Source of the DNA: Bdellovibrionales bacterium
GTDB lineage: Bacteria > Bdellovibrionota > Bdellovibrionia > Bdellovibrionales > UBA1609
Assembly: GCA_027317865.1 (NCBI GenBank)
Contig: DAHVQG010000006.1
Span: forward strand, 64,001-128,000
Length of the DNA: 64,000 bases
Direction: 5' to 3'
This document shows positions 20,697-30,998 of the stretch, piece after piece. The notes beneath the pieces were generated by a model. It ran no database searches. It had not been told where the DNA came from and saw only the letters and a program-made list of their open reading frames with translations. Both the position numbers and the translations under genes were made by a program. Position 1 is the first letter of the stretch. Each line of letters starts with the position of its first letter.

Positions 20697-21146
20697 CTAA
20701 GCTTCAGGGGACTGCGGCGCTGAGGCACTTGGCTGGTTCGAGTCCTGGTGAAGCGCACCTTTTTCTTCGGCGTGAATCGCGGGCAAGCGCGAAAGCGGAT
20801 TATGCGCCTGAAAGAGATATTGTTCCGACCGGCGCACCTCATCGAGTCGCGCTTTGACCCGCTTTACGGTCTCGTCAGGGTCGCGCTTATAAAGTAGTGG
20901 ATCAAACCCGCAATGAGGGCACGTTAGCGCCATTCGCCAGCGAATACGAATAAAGACGTCAGCGCTTGCCAGAAGAAAAACAAATATGAGAATTGCGCGT
21001 GGATCAACTCCGCCCCAGAACACGAATGTAAGGACAAGAGCACAACCGAACGCGAGCACGACGTTTGTCCAGCTTACATTTTTTTTTGTGTAGACCCGCC
21101 GTTCAAGGCGACAAAACGCGCAGTATATCTTTTCGCTCACTGCCAC
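20697..21146 (-). CDS. Hypothetical 2-TM protein with split CxxC/CxxC motif
   Basis: CAFC at the N-terminus, two TM helices, then CPHCGFDP. Confidence 0.75.
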   Translation of the reverse strand: MAVSEKIYCAFCRLERRVYTKKNVSWTNVVLAFGCALVLTFVFWGGVDPRAILIFVFLLASADVFIRIRWRMALTCPHCGFDPLLYKRDPDETVKRVKARLDEVRRSEQYLFQAHNPLSRLPAIHAEEKGALHQDSNQPSASAPQSPEA

Positions 21147-21266
21147 GGGTCCTCCCGGTTAATCTACTCATTCATTTTAAAGACCATTATTTTAAAAAAA
21201 AAGACGAGTTTTTGCGTTTCACCCCTTTTTTGCTATGCTCGTGTCTGAATAGTGAAGGAGATCTTC

Positions 21267-21926
21267 ATGCGCCACGCAAAAAGTCTAGCTTTGATCGTGG
21301 GTTCGATTATGGGACTCGTAGTGTTACACGCGTCATATGCTTTTGCGGAGGCAAAGTATGACGGCTACGAAGCGATCGTACACAATTTGATGGGCGAGTC
21401 GACAACTGCGAAAATGCCGTCGCAAACTGACAATCCATTTGCTAATGTCCACTTTCACATAGCTGTTGGCGCTGCCGCCTCGCATTTGGATCTCACATCT
21501 ACCCACGGCTTACCTTCGGGAGCGAATCTTCATGGCGTCGAAGTTGATCTCGGCATCGATCTTTTTTCTCCGTATTGGCAAGCCGTCGGTACTGTAACTT
21601 CTTTCGTTACGGATTATGAGCGACAAACGCAACTCCAAATGAAAGAATTTGGAATGCTAGTTCAACACAAACTACCTATCGAGGGTTCTATTTCATTTGT
21701 TCTTGGCGCGGGGTTAACGGCTCGTTATTTAACTTTAGCGGGTCAATTACCTGAAGGGGTGAACAGCAGTAATACAACTCCCGCATCACAATTCGACGGC
21801 GGACTCGATTTCGGAATCACACCCGGTCTCGGCGTTATCCTCAATGCCTCTTATGAAGCGGCGCTCGTTCGTACCGCCGATGCCGGATCAATCAATGGAT
21901 CAGTCATGTTAGCGGGGACATTTTAA
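21267..21926 (+). CDS. Putative outer-membrane beta-barrel protein
   Basis: SD AGGAG, signal ending AFA|, beta-strand pattern, terminal Phe. Confidence 0.65.
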   Translation: MRHAKSLALIVGSIMGLVVLHASYAFAEAKYDGYEAIVHNLMGESTTAKMPSQTDNPFANVHFHIAVGAAASHLDLTSTHGLPSGANLHGVEVDLGIDLFSPYWQAVGTVTSFVTDYERQTQLQMKEFGMLVQHKLPIEGSISFVLGAGLTARYLTLAGQLPEGVNSSNTTPASQFDGGLDFGITPGLGVILNASYEAALVRTADAGSINGSVMLAGTF

Positions 21927-21966
21927 AAAAGCGGGCACATTTAAAATTTAGCAACAGAGTTCACCC

Positions 21967-22593
21967 ATGCAACTTGAAGAACAACACCAGGACGAACCGC
22001 AACTCGAAAAGCTAGGGCACCTTGTTCGATATTTGACCGAATTTGCCCGGCACCCGGTGCAAAAGATTAAAGATGTTCCCGATTGGGATTGGCCGGCACT
22101 CGTAATATTCTATGTGGCGGCGGCCGCGACGTGCGGAGTTTTGCGTGGAATTTTAATCGGCCACATTACTGAAGTGTTTTCCGGTCTTATTGTGACCCCG
22201 ATTATGTCGGTTTTTAGCGCGGCTTTGGTTACAGGTTTAATTTACTACACTCTGGTTTTTTTCTTTGATCGTGATTCGTCACTACGGCGGATATTTTCGC
22301 TTGTTTTGCTCGCCGCATTGCCGACTATGATCCTCTCGATTGTAAGCCACTGGGCATCAATCATCACTATCATTGGATTATTTTTGAGCGGTCTATTATT
22401 AGTCGTCGGCGTCAGCGGCAATTTCAATATAGATCGGAAAAAATTCGGTAAGATCATCGCGGCGATTTTCGTCGCGTACTTTTTATTTTGGATTTACTCG
22501 TCTTGGCACTTTCGGATCGAAAAAGAAAAATACAAGAACCGGCTCACCACCCCCGCTTCACGACAGATTCTCGAGCAGGAATTGGGTCATTAG
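21967..22593 (+). CDS. Yip1-like multi-pass membrane protein
   Basis: HP motif near the N-terminus and five hydrophobic helices. Confidence 0.6.
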   Translation: MQLEEQHQDEPQLEKLGHLVRYLTEFARHPVQKIKDVPDWDWPALVIFYVAAAATCGVLRGILIGHITEVFSGLIVTPIMSVFSAALVTGLIYYTLVFFFDRDSSLRRIFSLVLLAALPTMILSIVSHWASIITIIGLFLSGLLLVVGVSGNFNIDRKKFGKIIAAIFVAYFLFWIYSSWHFRIEKEKYKNRLTTPASRQILEQELGH

Positions 22594-23225
22594 TGCTTGC
22601 CCGTACTACCAAAACCGCCTTCGCCGCGCGCCGTTTCGTCGAGTTCGTCGACCCGCACCAGTTGCGCTTTTAATACCGGTACGAGCACCAGTTGTGCGAT
22701 GCGATCCTGATTGTTAACAGTGACCGGTGTCTGACCAAGGTTAATCAAAATAATTTTCACTTCGCCGCGATAATCCGCGTCGATTGTGCCGGGAGTATTG
22801 AGCAGAGTAATCCCTTCTTTATGCGCCCAGCCACTGCGCGGTCGTGCTTGCAGTTCATACCCAGACGGAATGGCAAAACTTAAACCCGTCGGCACCAAAG
22901 CTCGAGCGCCCGGTTCAAGGACTATAGGTTCGGTGATTTGCGCGCGTACGTCAAATCCGCTGGCATGCTCGGATTTATATTCGGGCAACTCACCGGTGAA
23001 ATGCTCGTGCACTTTCACCTTTATATCCAATGGTTGGTTTGTACCCCCGCTGGAGTGCGCCGCTGAATTCTGCTCGCGCTCGCCACGCAAAAATGTTTCA
23101 AAGGCAACTGCCAATTTGCGAAGATTTTCGTCACGTTGCTCTTTTTCAATTAAATTGTTTTCAACAAATTTTTCAACGGTCTGGGCAACTGTTTTTAGCC
23201 TATCTGTAAAGCTCGATGAATCCAT
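22590..23225 (-). CDS. dut: dUTP diphosphatase (trimeric) with N-terminal extension
   Basis: SGFDV, RPRSG, GTIDADYRGE, RIAQL, RGEGGFGSTG. Confidence 0.95.
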   Translation of the reverse strand: MDSSSFTDRLKTVAQTVEKFVENNLIEKEQRDENLRKLAVAFETFLRGEREQNSAAHSSGGTNQPLDIKVKVHEHFTGELPEYKSEHASGFDVRAQITEPIVLEPGARALVPTGLSFAIPSGYELQARPRSGWAHKEGITLLNTPGTIDADYRGEVKIILINLGQTPVTVNNQDRIAQLVLVPVLKAQLVRVDELDETARGEGGFGSTGKH

Positions 23226-23261
23226 TTTTTTACCTTTCGCAATCGCAACAAATTTTGTTCA

Positions 23262-24560
23262 TCAGTTTGCGGTTCCACCGAGGGTCCGACCTAAATAACC
23301 ACTCGTGCGATCTTCATTTATATCGCCGATTAAGATAGCTCCCGCGCGGCGAATATCAAAGTATTTTTTTAAATACAAATTGAGACTGTCAACCGTGACT
23401 TTTTGCAGCTCTTGAATCGTTTGGTCAACCGTATGATTTTCACCAAAAATCATTTCGCTGTAACCAATGGAGTTCATTCGGTTTTCAATATCGTCAGATT
23501 CAAGCACGAGACTACCGATTACTTGCGTCCGGTAATAATCCAGCTCTGCGCGGCTAAGACCCTTGCGCGCCAGACTCTCGATCTCCCGTACAATTACTCC
23601 AAACATACGCCGCATATTTTTCGTGGCGGTGGCCGCGTAAATCGTCTGGATACCGGTATCGTAAAACGGCTGCAAGTAACTGTACACGGTGTACGCAATC
23701 CCCATTTTCTCCCGCACTTTTTGATATAATCGAGAAGTCATACCTCCGCCCAATGCCGCGTTAGCAAGATACGATTCGAAACGGTTGCGATCGCGCACTG
23801 AAACTGACGGGAGCGTCACCAGCACGTGGAGCTGTTCGGATGGTCGCGAGAGCACTTTTTGAAACGACCGGTAAACCGGGCGTTTGCGCGGCGGAGCCTG
23901 AAACGGTCGCCTTCGCAAATTCAAAGTTCGCGACATTAAACGAACTACTTCTTCGTGGTTAACGTGCCCGGCCACGCACACCAGCATATTATGACCCTGA
24001 TAGCGGCGCGTGTAGAAATCAATAAGCTTTCGCCGTGTAATTTGTTGCAAAGTTTTTGGTGTGCCCAAAATCGACCGTCCCAGCTCGTGACCCTTGAACG
24101 CATTTTCGAATGCTAAATCAAAAATAAAATCGTCATACTCGTCGGTCGACATGTGAATTTCTTGAATGATGACGTCACGCTCTTTTTTAAAATCGTTGGT
24201 TTCAAATTGCGAATTACTCATGAGATCCGAAAGGACATCGAGACTAAACGGCAAATGTTCGCGCAAACTTGTGGCATGAAAACAGGTTTGCTCCCGAGTA
24301 GTATATGCATTGAGATCGCCGCCGACTGCTTCAAGACTCCGGGCGATTTCATATGCATCGCGAGTTTCGGTGCCTTTAAAAACCATATGCTCGACAAAAT
24401 GAGCCGCTCCAATAATATCTTCAGGCTCATCACGCGTACCTTGATCGACAAATATACCGGCGCATACCGCGCGACTTGAGGGATGGTGTTCTGTGATTAT
24501 TCGAACCCCGTTTTCGAGAACTGTTTTATTGTACAGGGGTTCGAACTCAAACGCTTTCAT
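23262..24560 (-). CDS. M16 family zinc peptidase
   Basis: HFVEH inverted zinc motif, LNAYT, GGGMTSRLYQ.VREK.G.AY; pnp-M16-dut order. Confidence 0.93.
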   Translation of the reverse strand: MKAFEFEPLYNKTVLENGVRIITEHHPSSRAVCAGIFVDQGTRDEPEDIIGAAHFVEHMVFKGTETRDAYEIARSLEAVGGDLNAYTTREQTCFHATSLREHLPFSLDVLSDLMSNSQFETNDFKKERDVIIQEIHMSTDEYDDFIFDLAFENAFKGHELGRSILGTPKTLQQITRRKLIDFYTRRYQGHNMLVCVAGHVNHEEVVRLMSRTLNLRRRPFQAPPRKRPVYRSFQKVLSRPSEQLHVLVTLPSVSVRDRNRFESYLANAALGGGMTSRLYQKVREKMGIAYTVYSYLQPFYDTGIQTIYAATATKNMRRMFGVIVREIESLARKGLSRAELDYYRTQVIGSLVLESDDIENRMNSIGYSEMIFGENHTVDQTIQELQKVTVDSLNLYLKKYFDIRRAGAILIGDINEDRTSGYLGRTLGGTAN

Positions 24561-24585
24561 TCAAATTTATTTGCCTGTAAGGCGT

Positions 24586-26694
24586 CTACGCGTTGGCATT
24601 AACTCGTTCGAGCAACGCCTTTCGCGACAACTTAATTCGGCCTGAACGGTCGACTTCTAGAACTTTGACGTCTACCGTATCGCCTTCTTTTAACACGTCT
24701 GAAACGCTGCGAATGCGTTCGTGCGCGATTTCAGAAATGTGAAGGAGCCCGCTCGTATTCGGTAAAATTTCAACAAATGCGCCAAAATCAGCGATTTTTA
24801 CAACTTTACCGTGATACGTCTTACCAACTTCGGCTTCAGCACAAATGTCTTGGATCATTTTTATGGCTTTTTTAGTCGCCTCTGGGTCGGCCGCCGCAAT
24901 GTGAACCTTACCGTCGTCTTCAATATTTATTTTAACTCCAGTGGCTTCGATGATCGCTTTGATCGTTTTACCGCCAGCACCAATGACCTCGCGCACTTTT
25001 TCAGGTTTCACCTGAATCGTTTCTATACGAGGAGCGTAGTCTGAAATCTGACCACGCGGCGCCCGAATGGTCTTTTCCATTTCGTTCAGGATATGATGGC
25101 GGCCTTCATGGGCCTGAGCGAGAGCCTTTTCCATAATTTCAAAAGTTAGGCTGTCAATTTTGATATCCATTTGTAGAGCTGTAATGCCGTCTCGCGTACC
25201 AGCGACTTTAAAATCCATGTCACCTAAGTGATCTTCGTCACCAAGTATGTCGGTTAAGATCGCGTATTTGCCACCGTCGGTGATAAGCCCCATGGCTATT
25301 CCAGCCACATTACCTTTTATAGGGACGCCGGCATCAAGCAGCGCAAGCGTGCCCGCACAAACCGTACCCATTGAGCTTGAGCCGTTTGATTCCAACACTT
25401 CGCTAACAACACGCAAAACGTACGGGAATTTTTCATAATTAGGCGCCACCATTTTAAGCGCGCGTTCAGCTAAGTTGCCATGACCAACTTCGCGTCGGCT
25501 TTGGGCCCCCACGCGGCCTGTCTCACCCACGCAATAAGGAGGGAAATTATAATGGAGCATAAACCGTTTCACGACCGACCCTTCAAGTGCATCGATTCGT
25601 TGCTCGTCATCTCCCGTGCCGAGAGTCACCGTTCCAAGAACCTGCGTTTCACCACGAGTAAAAAGTCCGGACCCGTGAGCACGTGGCAACAAACTAACTT
25701 CCGTACTGATCGGTCGTACGGTTTTCGTGTCGCGGCCGTCGATTCGGACGCCATCCACAATGATCATCTGCCGGGCAACATGGTATTTCAGGTCTTCAAA
25801 AATTTTAATAATTTCTTTCGTCCGTTGCGGCTGAAGTTCCGCCGGCTGCTCGGGAATGAATTTTTCGGTCGCCGACCGAAGGGCATCATCGAGTAACCCA
25901 TATCGAGTTTGTTTTTGCCTCTCCGACAATGCTGCCTTTACTAACGGGCGCAGATACGCCTCTGCTTTTTCACGAAACTGAGATTCAATTTCGATCGGTG
26001 TGAAGTCGCGTTTCGGCGTCGCACCGGTCTTTTGCCGTAGCTCATCTTGCGCTTTCAGAATCGGCATCAACGACTTATGTGCAAAGCGCAAAGCAGAAAG
26101 AACATCCGCTTCAGTTACAAATTTAGCTTCACCTTCGACCATCAAAATACCATTTTTTGTTCCCGCGACGGTGATGTCCATATCCGATTCCGCGAGTTGA
26201 TCACGAGTCGGGTTGGCGATCATTTCGCCATTTACTCTACCAACAGTTACTGAAGCGATCGGACCATTAAATGGAATGTCGCTGATGTGAGTTGCAGCGG
26301 ATGCCGCAATACTGGCCAAATTGTTGATGGGGTATTGACCATCGTAACTCAAAATTGTCGCGACCACCTGGGTATCAAAATTATAACCTTCTGGGAAGCA
26401 CGGGCGCAGCGGGCGATCGATCAAACGGCAATTTAGAATTGCATCCGTTGTCGGCCGGCCTTCGCGTTTGAAATAACCACCGGGGACACGTCCGGTTGAA
26501 TAGAATCGCTCGACGTACTCAACAGTTAACGGGAAAAAATCAGCATCTCCGCTGGATTTATCCGAGACGACGGTCACGAGCACAATATTATCACCACACG
26601 TGACGAGCACCGCTCCATGGGCTTGTTTGGCCAATCGCCCTGTTTCAAATGTAACAGTTCGCCCTTGAATCTCGAAAGAAACCGTTTCTTTCAT
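24586..26694 (-). CDS. pnp: Polyribonucleotide nucleotidyltransferase
   Basis: FFPLTVEY, HGSGLFTRGETQ, ESNGSSSM, GDMDFKVAG; KH and S1 domains. Confidence 0.98.
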   Translation of the reverse strand: MKETVSFEIQGRTVTFETGRLAKQAHGAVLVTCGDNIVLVTVVSDKSSGDADFFPLTVEYVERFYSTGRVPGGYFKREGRPTTDAILNCRLIDRPLRPCFPEGYNFDTQVVATILSYDGQYPINNLASIAASAATHISDIPFNGPIASVTVGRVNGEMIANPTRDQLAESDMDITVAGTKNGILMVEGEAKFVTEADVLSALRFAHKSLMPILKAQDELRQKTGATPKRDFTPIEIESQFREKAEAYLRPLVKAALSERQKQTRYGLLDDALRSATEKFIPEQPAELQPQRTKEIIKIFEDLKYHVARQMIIVDGVRIDGRDTKTVRPISTEVSLLPRAHGSGLFTRGETQVLGTVTLGTGDDEQRIDALEGSVVKRFMLHYNFPPYCVGETGRVGAQSRREVGHGNLAERALKMVAPNYEKFPYVLRVVSEVLESNGSSSMGTVCAGTLALLDAGVPIKGNVAGIAMGLITDGGKYAILTDILGDEDHLGDMDFKVAGTRDGITALQMDIKIDSLTFEIMEKALAQAHEGRHHILNEMEKTIRAPRGQISDYAPRIETIQVKPEKVREVIGAGGKTIKAIIEATGVKINIEDDGKVHIAAADPEATKKAIKMIQDICAEAEVGKTYHGKVVKIADFGAFVEILPNTSGLLHISEIAHERIRSVSDVLKEGDTVDVKVLEVDRSGRIKLSRKALLERVNANA

Positions 26695-26701
26695 CTCATC
26701 G

Positions 26702-26971
26702 CTACTTTCTAAGACCTAAATCTTCAATGAGTTTTACGTATTTGCCGGAGTCGTTTTTGCGTAAATAATCGAGCAATTTTCGGCGTTGCGATACTAACTT
26801 GAACATGCCTTGCCGGCTGTGTTCATCTTTAGCATGCAATTTAAAGTGTTCTGTTAATTCACTAATTCGTTTCGTCATTAGTGCGACTTGAACTTCGGGA
26901 CTGCCCGTATCGAACTCGCCACGACGAAACTGTTTAACAATGTGTTCTTTCTTGGTTTTTGATAGCGCCAT
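26702..26971 (-). CDS. rpsO: 30S ribosomal protein S15
   Basis: [32 protein letters not shown] 26971 with GGAGG SD. Confidence 0.97.
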   Translation of the reverse strand: MALSKTKKEHIVKQFRRGEFDTGSPEVQVALMTKRISELTEHFKLHAKDEHSRQGMFKLVSQRRKLLDYLRKNDSGKYVKLIEDLGLRK

Positions 26972-27061
26972 GCGACCTCCGTCAATTTCAAAACGCTCGA
27001 CTTTAACGACTTTAAACCACATCGACAAGTATTTTAGCTTGGGCCCTTAAATTTAGCCCGT

Positions 27062-27991
27062 CTAAGCGCGATCACATTTGAATACCCGGCAAATCTTAAG
27101 CCCCTGATGCGGCTGCGCTTGTAATAGTGCCAACATTTCGCCTGTTTCGGCACTTAAAATTTTGACTCCTATTGCTTGGTTGGATTGCGTGGCCTGTCGC
27201 TTTTCGGGAAGCAACCGCCGATCCAGCTCCACAGGGACCTGCCCGTTCTGAACAAGGCGCTCGTCGCGCCCTCTTACCGAAATCGCCCGCCACGTCGAAA
27301 GGGTCTGTCGCAGCGGAACAATTGCCCCGCAAGGAGCGCTTAAATTGCCAACGACTTTTTCAACTTCTTCTAGGGCAAGGGCCTCGGTTAAACGGTAGGG
27401 CTCGCACGTTGTCCGTCGTAAAGATTCAAGTGTAGCGCCACAGCCCAAACGCTCCCCGAGTTCGCTCGCCCAGCGGCGAATATAACTGCCCTTCGAGCAT
27501 TCGACGTGAGCTTCGATACCTTGCTGCGACACTTCTGATATCTCAAGATTCCAAAACGTCATCTCTTTAACTGGCAGTTCAACAGGTGTTTGGGTTCGCG
27601 CCATTTGATAAAGCTTTTGTCCGTTCACTTTGGCCGCCGAATAGGCCGGAACTGTCCACATAAATGTCCCCACTAAACTCCGGGCCGTCTCGCGAATTTT
27701 ATCGGCCGATTGCCGTACTTCTTCGTGACTGAGTACTTGCCCCGTAAGATCCATGGTGTCGGTACGCACACCCAACCGCACGCGCATCTGATAGGATTTG
27801 TTTTCGTTTAATACGAAATCTGAAATTTTGGTCGCTTCGCCCAACAAGACGACAAGAAGACCAGACGCCATCGGGTCGAGAGTTCCCGCGTGGCCAACTT
27901 CGCGGGTGTTAAAAATATGGCGAATTCGATTGACGACATCGTGACTCGTCAATCCCGAAGGTTTGTCGATGAGCAACAGCCCGTGAAACAT
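27062..27991 (-). CDS. truB: tRNA pseudouridine(55) synthase
   Basis: DKPSGLTSHDVV, GHAGTLDPMASG, CSKGSYIR. Confidence 0.96.
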   Translation of the reverse strand: MFHGLLLIDKPSGLTSHDVVNRIRHIFNTREVGHAGTLDPMASGLLVVLLGEATKISDFVLNENKSYQMRVRLGVRTDTMDLTGQVLSHEEVRQSADKIRETARSLVGTFMWTVPAYSAAKVNGQKLYQMARTQTPVELPVKEMTFWNLEISEVSQQGIEAHVECSKGSYIRRWASELGERLGCGATLESLRRTTCEPYRLTEALALEEVEKVVGNLSAPCGAIVPLRQTLSTWRAISVRGRDERLVQNGQVPVELDRRLLPEKRQATQSNQAIGVKILSAETGEMLALLQAQPHQGLKICRVFKCDRA

Positions 27992-27997
27992 GCGAAA

Positions 27998-28375
27998 TTA
28001 TTCCTTCGTTGATGGCTCGTTTTTTAATCGCGCCAGCTCAATTTCACGCAGCGCCGCTTCGATTTTTAATGTCTTCTCCATCCCCTCGTCGAGTAAAATT
28101 GTGATACGCGGCACGAACCGCATACGAAGCAGGTCGTTAACGACAAGTTGAATATCGCGAACGTGTTCTTCTAGCGTTGCCATCGTTTCTTTTTTGTCTT
28201 CGTCCGTGCCCATGACGCTCACGAAAACTTTAGCTGTCCGCAGCCTTTCGTTCGATTCCACGCGCGTCACGGACACAAATCCACGCAAAGGGTATTTGAA
28301 ACCCTTCAGCAAAAAATTCGCCACTAAATGCTGGATTTCTTTTTCGACTCGTCGAATGCGCCGGTCATCTTTCAA
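27998..28375 (-). CDS. rbfA: Ribosome-binding factor A
   Basis: RIRRVEKEI, VSVTRVE, AKVFVS, LRMRFVPRI; lies between infB and truB. Confidence 0.9.
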   Translation of the reverse strand: MKDDRRIRRVEKEIQHLVANFLLKGFKYPLRGFVSVTRVESNERLRTAKVFVSVMGTDEDKKETMATLEEHVRDIQLVVNDLLRMRFVPRITILLDEGMEKTLKIEAALREIELARLKNEPSTKE

Positions 28376-28394
28376 TCGAAGCTCCTTTCAGCCT

Positions 28395-30998
28395 TCAAAC
28401 GGCCGCTGGAGAGACTTGCTCAATAACGTAGTCTTCGATGATGTCACCGACTTTGATGTCGTTGAAATTTTCAATTCCAATACCGCATTCGAAACCCGAG
28501 GCGACTTCGCGCACATCGTCCTTAAACCGACGCAAGCTTGCAAATTTACCTTCGTAAACTATGGCCCCGTCACGAATAATACGGCATAGATCGGAACGCG
28601 TGATTTTACCGTCGACCACGGCACAGCCGGCGACGTTACCTGCCTTTGGTACACTAAAGACTTCGCGAACCTCGGCACGACCTCTTGCGACTTCTTTCGA
28701 AACCGGCTGCAAACGTCCCACCATCGCCTTTTTCACATCATCAAGTAATTCGTAAATGATCGTGTAAGTGCGGATGTCCACATTGAGCTCTTTGGCCAAG
28801 CGCATGGCTGGCGTATCCGGCCGCACGTTGAAACCTAAAATGACCGCTCCCGAAGTGGACGCAAGAAGCACGTCGGATTCCGTCACACCGCCAACCTGGC
28901 TGTGAATAACTTTGACGCGAATTTCAGGCGTGGATTCTTTACCAAGCATCTCGCGCAATGCTTCTACACTACCCGCCACGTCGGCTTTAACGATGACATT
29001 AAAGTCTTGAGCATGGCCTTTCTGGATTTTTGCAAACAATTCTTCAAGCGAGACCGCGTCTTTGCCCGTGGCTACAGGCTTTTCAAGTTCAGTTTTTCGA
29101 GCTTGTGCAATTTCACGGGCAATATCTTCACTCTTGACAACATCAATACGTTCACCCGCAACCACAGCTTCGGGCAAACCCAATATCTCAACAGGATCGC
29201 CCGGCTGCGCCGATTGCACTGATTCACCGCGATCATTGATCATAGCTCTCACACGACCTGCGGCAACTCCCGCCACGATATGATCGCCGATCGAAAATGA
29301 ACCATCATTGACGAGTACTGTTGCCACTGCTCCGCGGCCTTTTTCGAGACGCGACTCAATGACAACACCAGTTCCTGACCGCTTCGGATTTGCTTTTAAG
29401 TCTTCAACCTCTGCCACCAACAGAATTTGTTCAAGCAACTCACGAATTCCAGTTTTTTTAAGGGCCGAAACTTCACAAAAAATATTTGAACCGCCCCATT
29501 CTTCCGGAACAATCTGTTGTTCGGTCAGCTGTTGCTTGATGCGGTTAACGTCGGCACCCGGCTTATCTATTTTGTTGACCGCAATAATAATCGGCACTTC
29601 GGCCGCTTTAGCGTGTGATATCGCCTCTACTGTTTGCGGCATCACGCCGTCATCGGCGGCAACTACAATAATGGCAATGTCTGTGACATTTGCACCGCGT
29701 GCCCGCATGGCCGTAAAAGCCTCGTGGCCGGGAGTATCGAGAAAGGTAATTTCTTTGCCGCTTTCAAGTCGAACTTTATAAGCGCCAATATGCTGAGTGA
29801 TTCCGCCAGCCTCACCGGCGGCGACGTTCCCCTGGCGAATGGCATCGAGGAGCGAAGTTTTACCATGGTCAACGTGGCCCATCACGGTCACGACAGGTGG
29901 TCGAGGTACGGGTTCAGCAGACAGATCGCCAAATGCGGAATCGTCCAATCGTTGATCGGGCGAACGATAAACATTTTCTGCTTCGAACTGAAACTCAGGT
30001 GCAATTAGAGCGATTGTTTCAAAATCAAGATCGGTGTTAATGGTCGCCGTCACACCTTCGCTCATAAGTTTCTTAATCAGCGCCGGAGCCTTTACGCCCA
30101 TTGTAGCCGCAACCTGCCCGACAGACATTGCACGCTCAACGCGAATGATCCTTTTTGAAGCCTTGGGTGTTGTCAAAAGTGTTTTTTTGACATCCCTGCC
30201 GACGGCTACTTTTTTCTTCTTCGGCTGAAAAATTACCTCTCGCTTACGAAAATCGGACGCATTGAAGTTCTGCTGTTCTTCTTCGCGATTACCCGGACGC
30301 CTTTTTTTGTCTTCACGGCTTTTCTCGTCTTCGAAACCAGCCGGTTGTTCAGCAATTGGCTGTTGGGCAAAGAATCCGGTGCGGATATTTCGCGACCCCG
30401 TAACAGGGGCCCTCGGCGTGCGGTCTGATAGCGCTGTTGCAACTCCCGGCTTACGTACGCGACTCAAATCCATCCGGCCGACAATGTTACGCCGCTTCGC
30501 CTCCACGGTCGCGGTTTCCGCAGTGCTTGATGCTTTCGCATCTGTTGAACCTGACGTTTCACCGGCAAGCGCCTCTTCTGCGCTCGCCGCTTCGGGTGAA
30601 ATCTCTTTCTCTGCTGCTACAGCAGGCGCGGGCACCTCACCGGCTTTACGGCGAATGACTCCCACTTGTTTTTTAGTCGCGGCCCGCTTGGGTTTTGCCG
30701 GTGCCGCTGAAGGAGCTTTTTCTTTTTTAACAGGTGAATCTTGAATCGTTGCCTTGGCAACTTTTTTCGGTGCGGCTGTTGCCGGTTTCTTCGGCGCGGC
30801 CTTTTTCACCACCTTGGTTTTTGAAGATTTAGAAGCACGCTCCTCAAGCAATTTAGCCCGAATTTCATCCATTAACGGTTGATCGAGCGTGGCCATGTGA
30901 CTTTTCACAGGGAGCTTCCACTCTCGAATCTTATCCATTAGCGAAATTGTTTCGATGCCAATCTCTTTGGCAAACTCAAAAACCTTCATTTGCGTCAA
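28395..30998 (-). CDS. infB: Translation initiation factor IF-2
   Basis: [41 protein letters not shown]. Confidence 0.98.
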   Translation of the reverse strand: MTQMKVFEFAKEIGIETISLMDKIREWKLPVKSHMATLDQPLMDEIRAKLLEERASKSSKTKVVKKAAPKKPATAAPKKVAKATIQDSPVKKEKAPSAAPAKPKRAATKKQVGVIRRKAGEVPAPAVAAEKEISPEAASAEEALAGETSGSTDAKASSTAETATVEAKRRNIVGRMDLSRVRKPGVATALSDRTPRAPVTGSRNIRTGFFAQQPIAEQPAGFEDEKSREDKKRRPGNREEEQQNFNASDFRKREVIFQPKKKKVAVGRDVKKTLLTTPKASKRIIRVERAMSVGQVAATMGVKAPALIKKLMSEGVTATINTDLDFETIALIAPEFQFEAENVYRSPDQRLDDSAFGDLSAEPVPRPPVVTVMGHVDHGKTSLLDAIRQGNVAAGEAGGITQHIGAYKVRLESGKEITFLDTPGHEAFTAMRARGANVTDIAIIVVAADDGVMPQTVEAISHAKAAEVPIIIAVNKIDKPGADVNRIKQQLTEQQIVPEEWGGSNIFCEVSALKKTGIRELLEQILLVAEVEDLKANPKRSGTGVVIESRLEKGRGAVATVLVNDGSFSIGDHIVAGVAAGRVRAMINDRGESVQSAQPGDPVEILGLPEAVVAGERIDVVKSEDIAREIAQARKTELEKPVATGKDAVSLEELFAKIQKGHAQDFNVIVKADVAGSVEALREMLGKESTPEIRVKVIHSQVGGVTESDVLLASTSGAVILGFNVRPDTPAMRLAKELNVDIRTYTIIYELLDDVKKAMVGRLQPVSKEVARGRAEVREVFSVPKAGNVAGCAVVDGKITRSDLCRIIRDGAIVYEGKFASLRRFKDDVREVASGFECGIGIENFNDIKVGDIIEDYVIEQVSPAAV

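Noticed and set aside
26972-27061. S15 autoregulatory leader upstream of rpsO
   Set aside because: Plausible by position, but I could not identify a convincing structure by eye.
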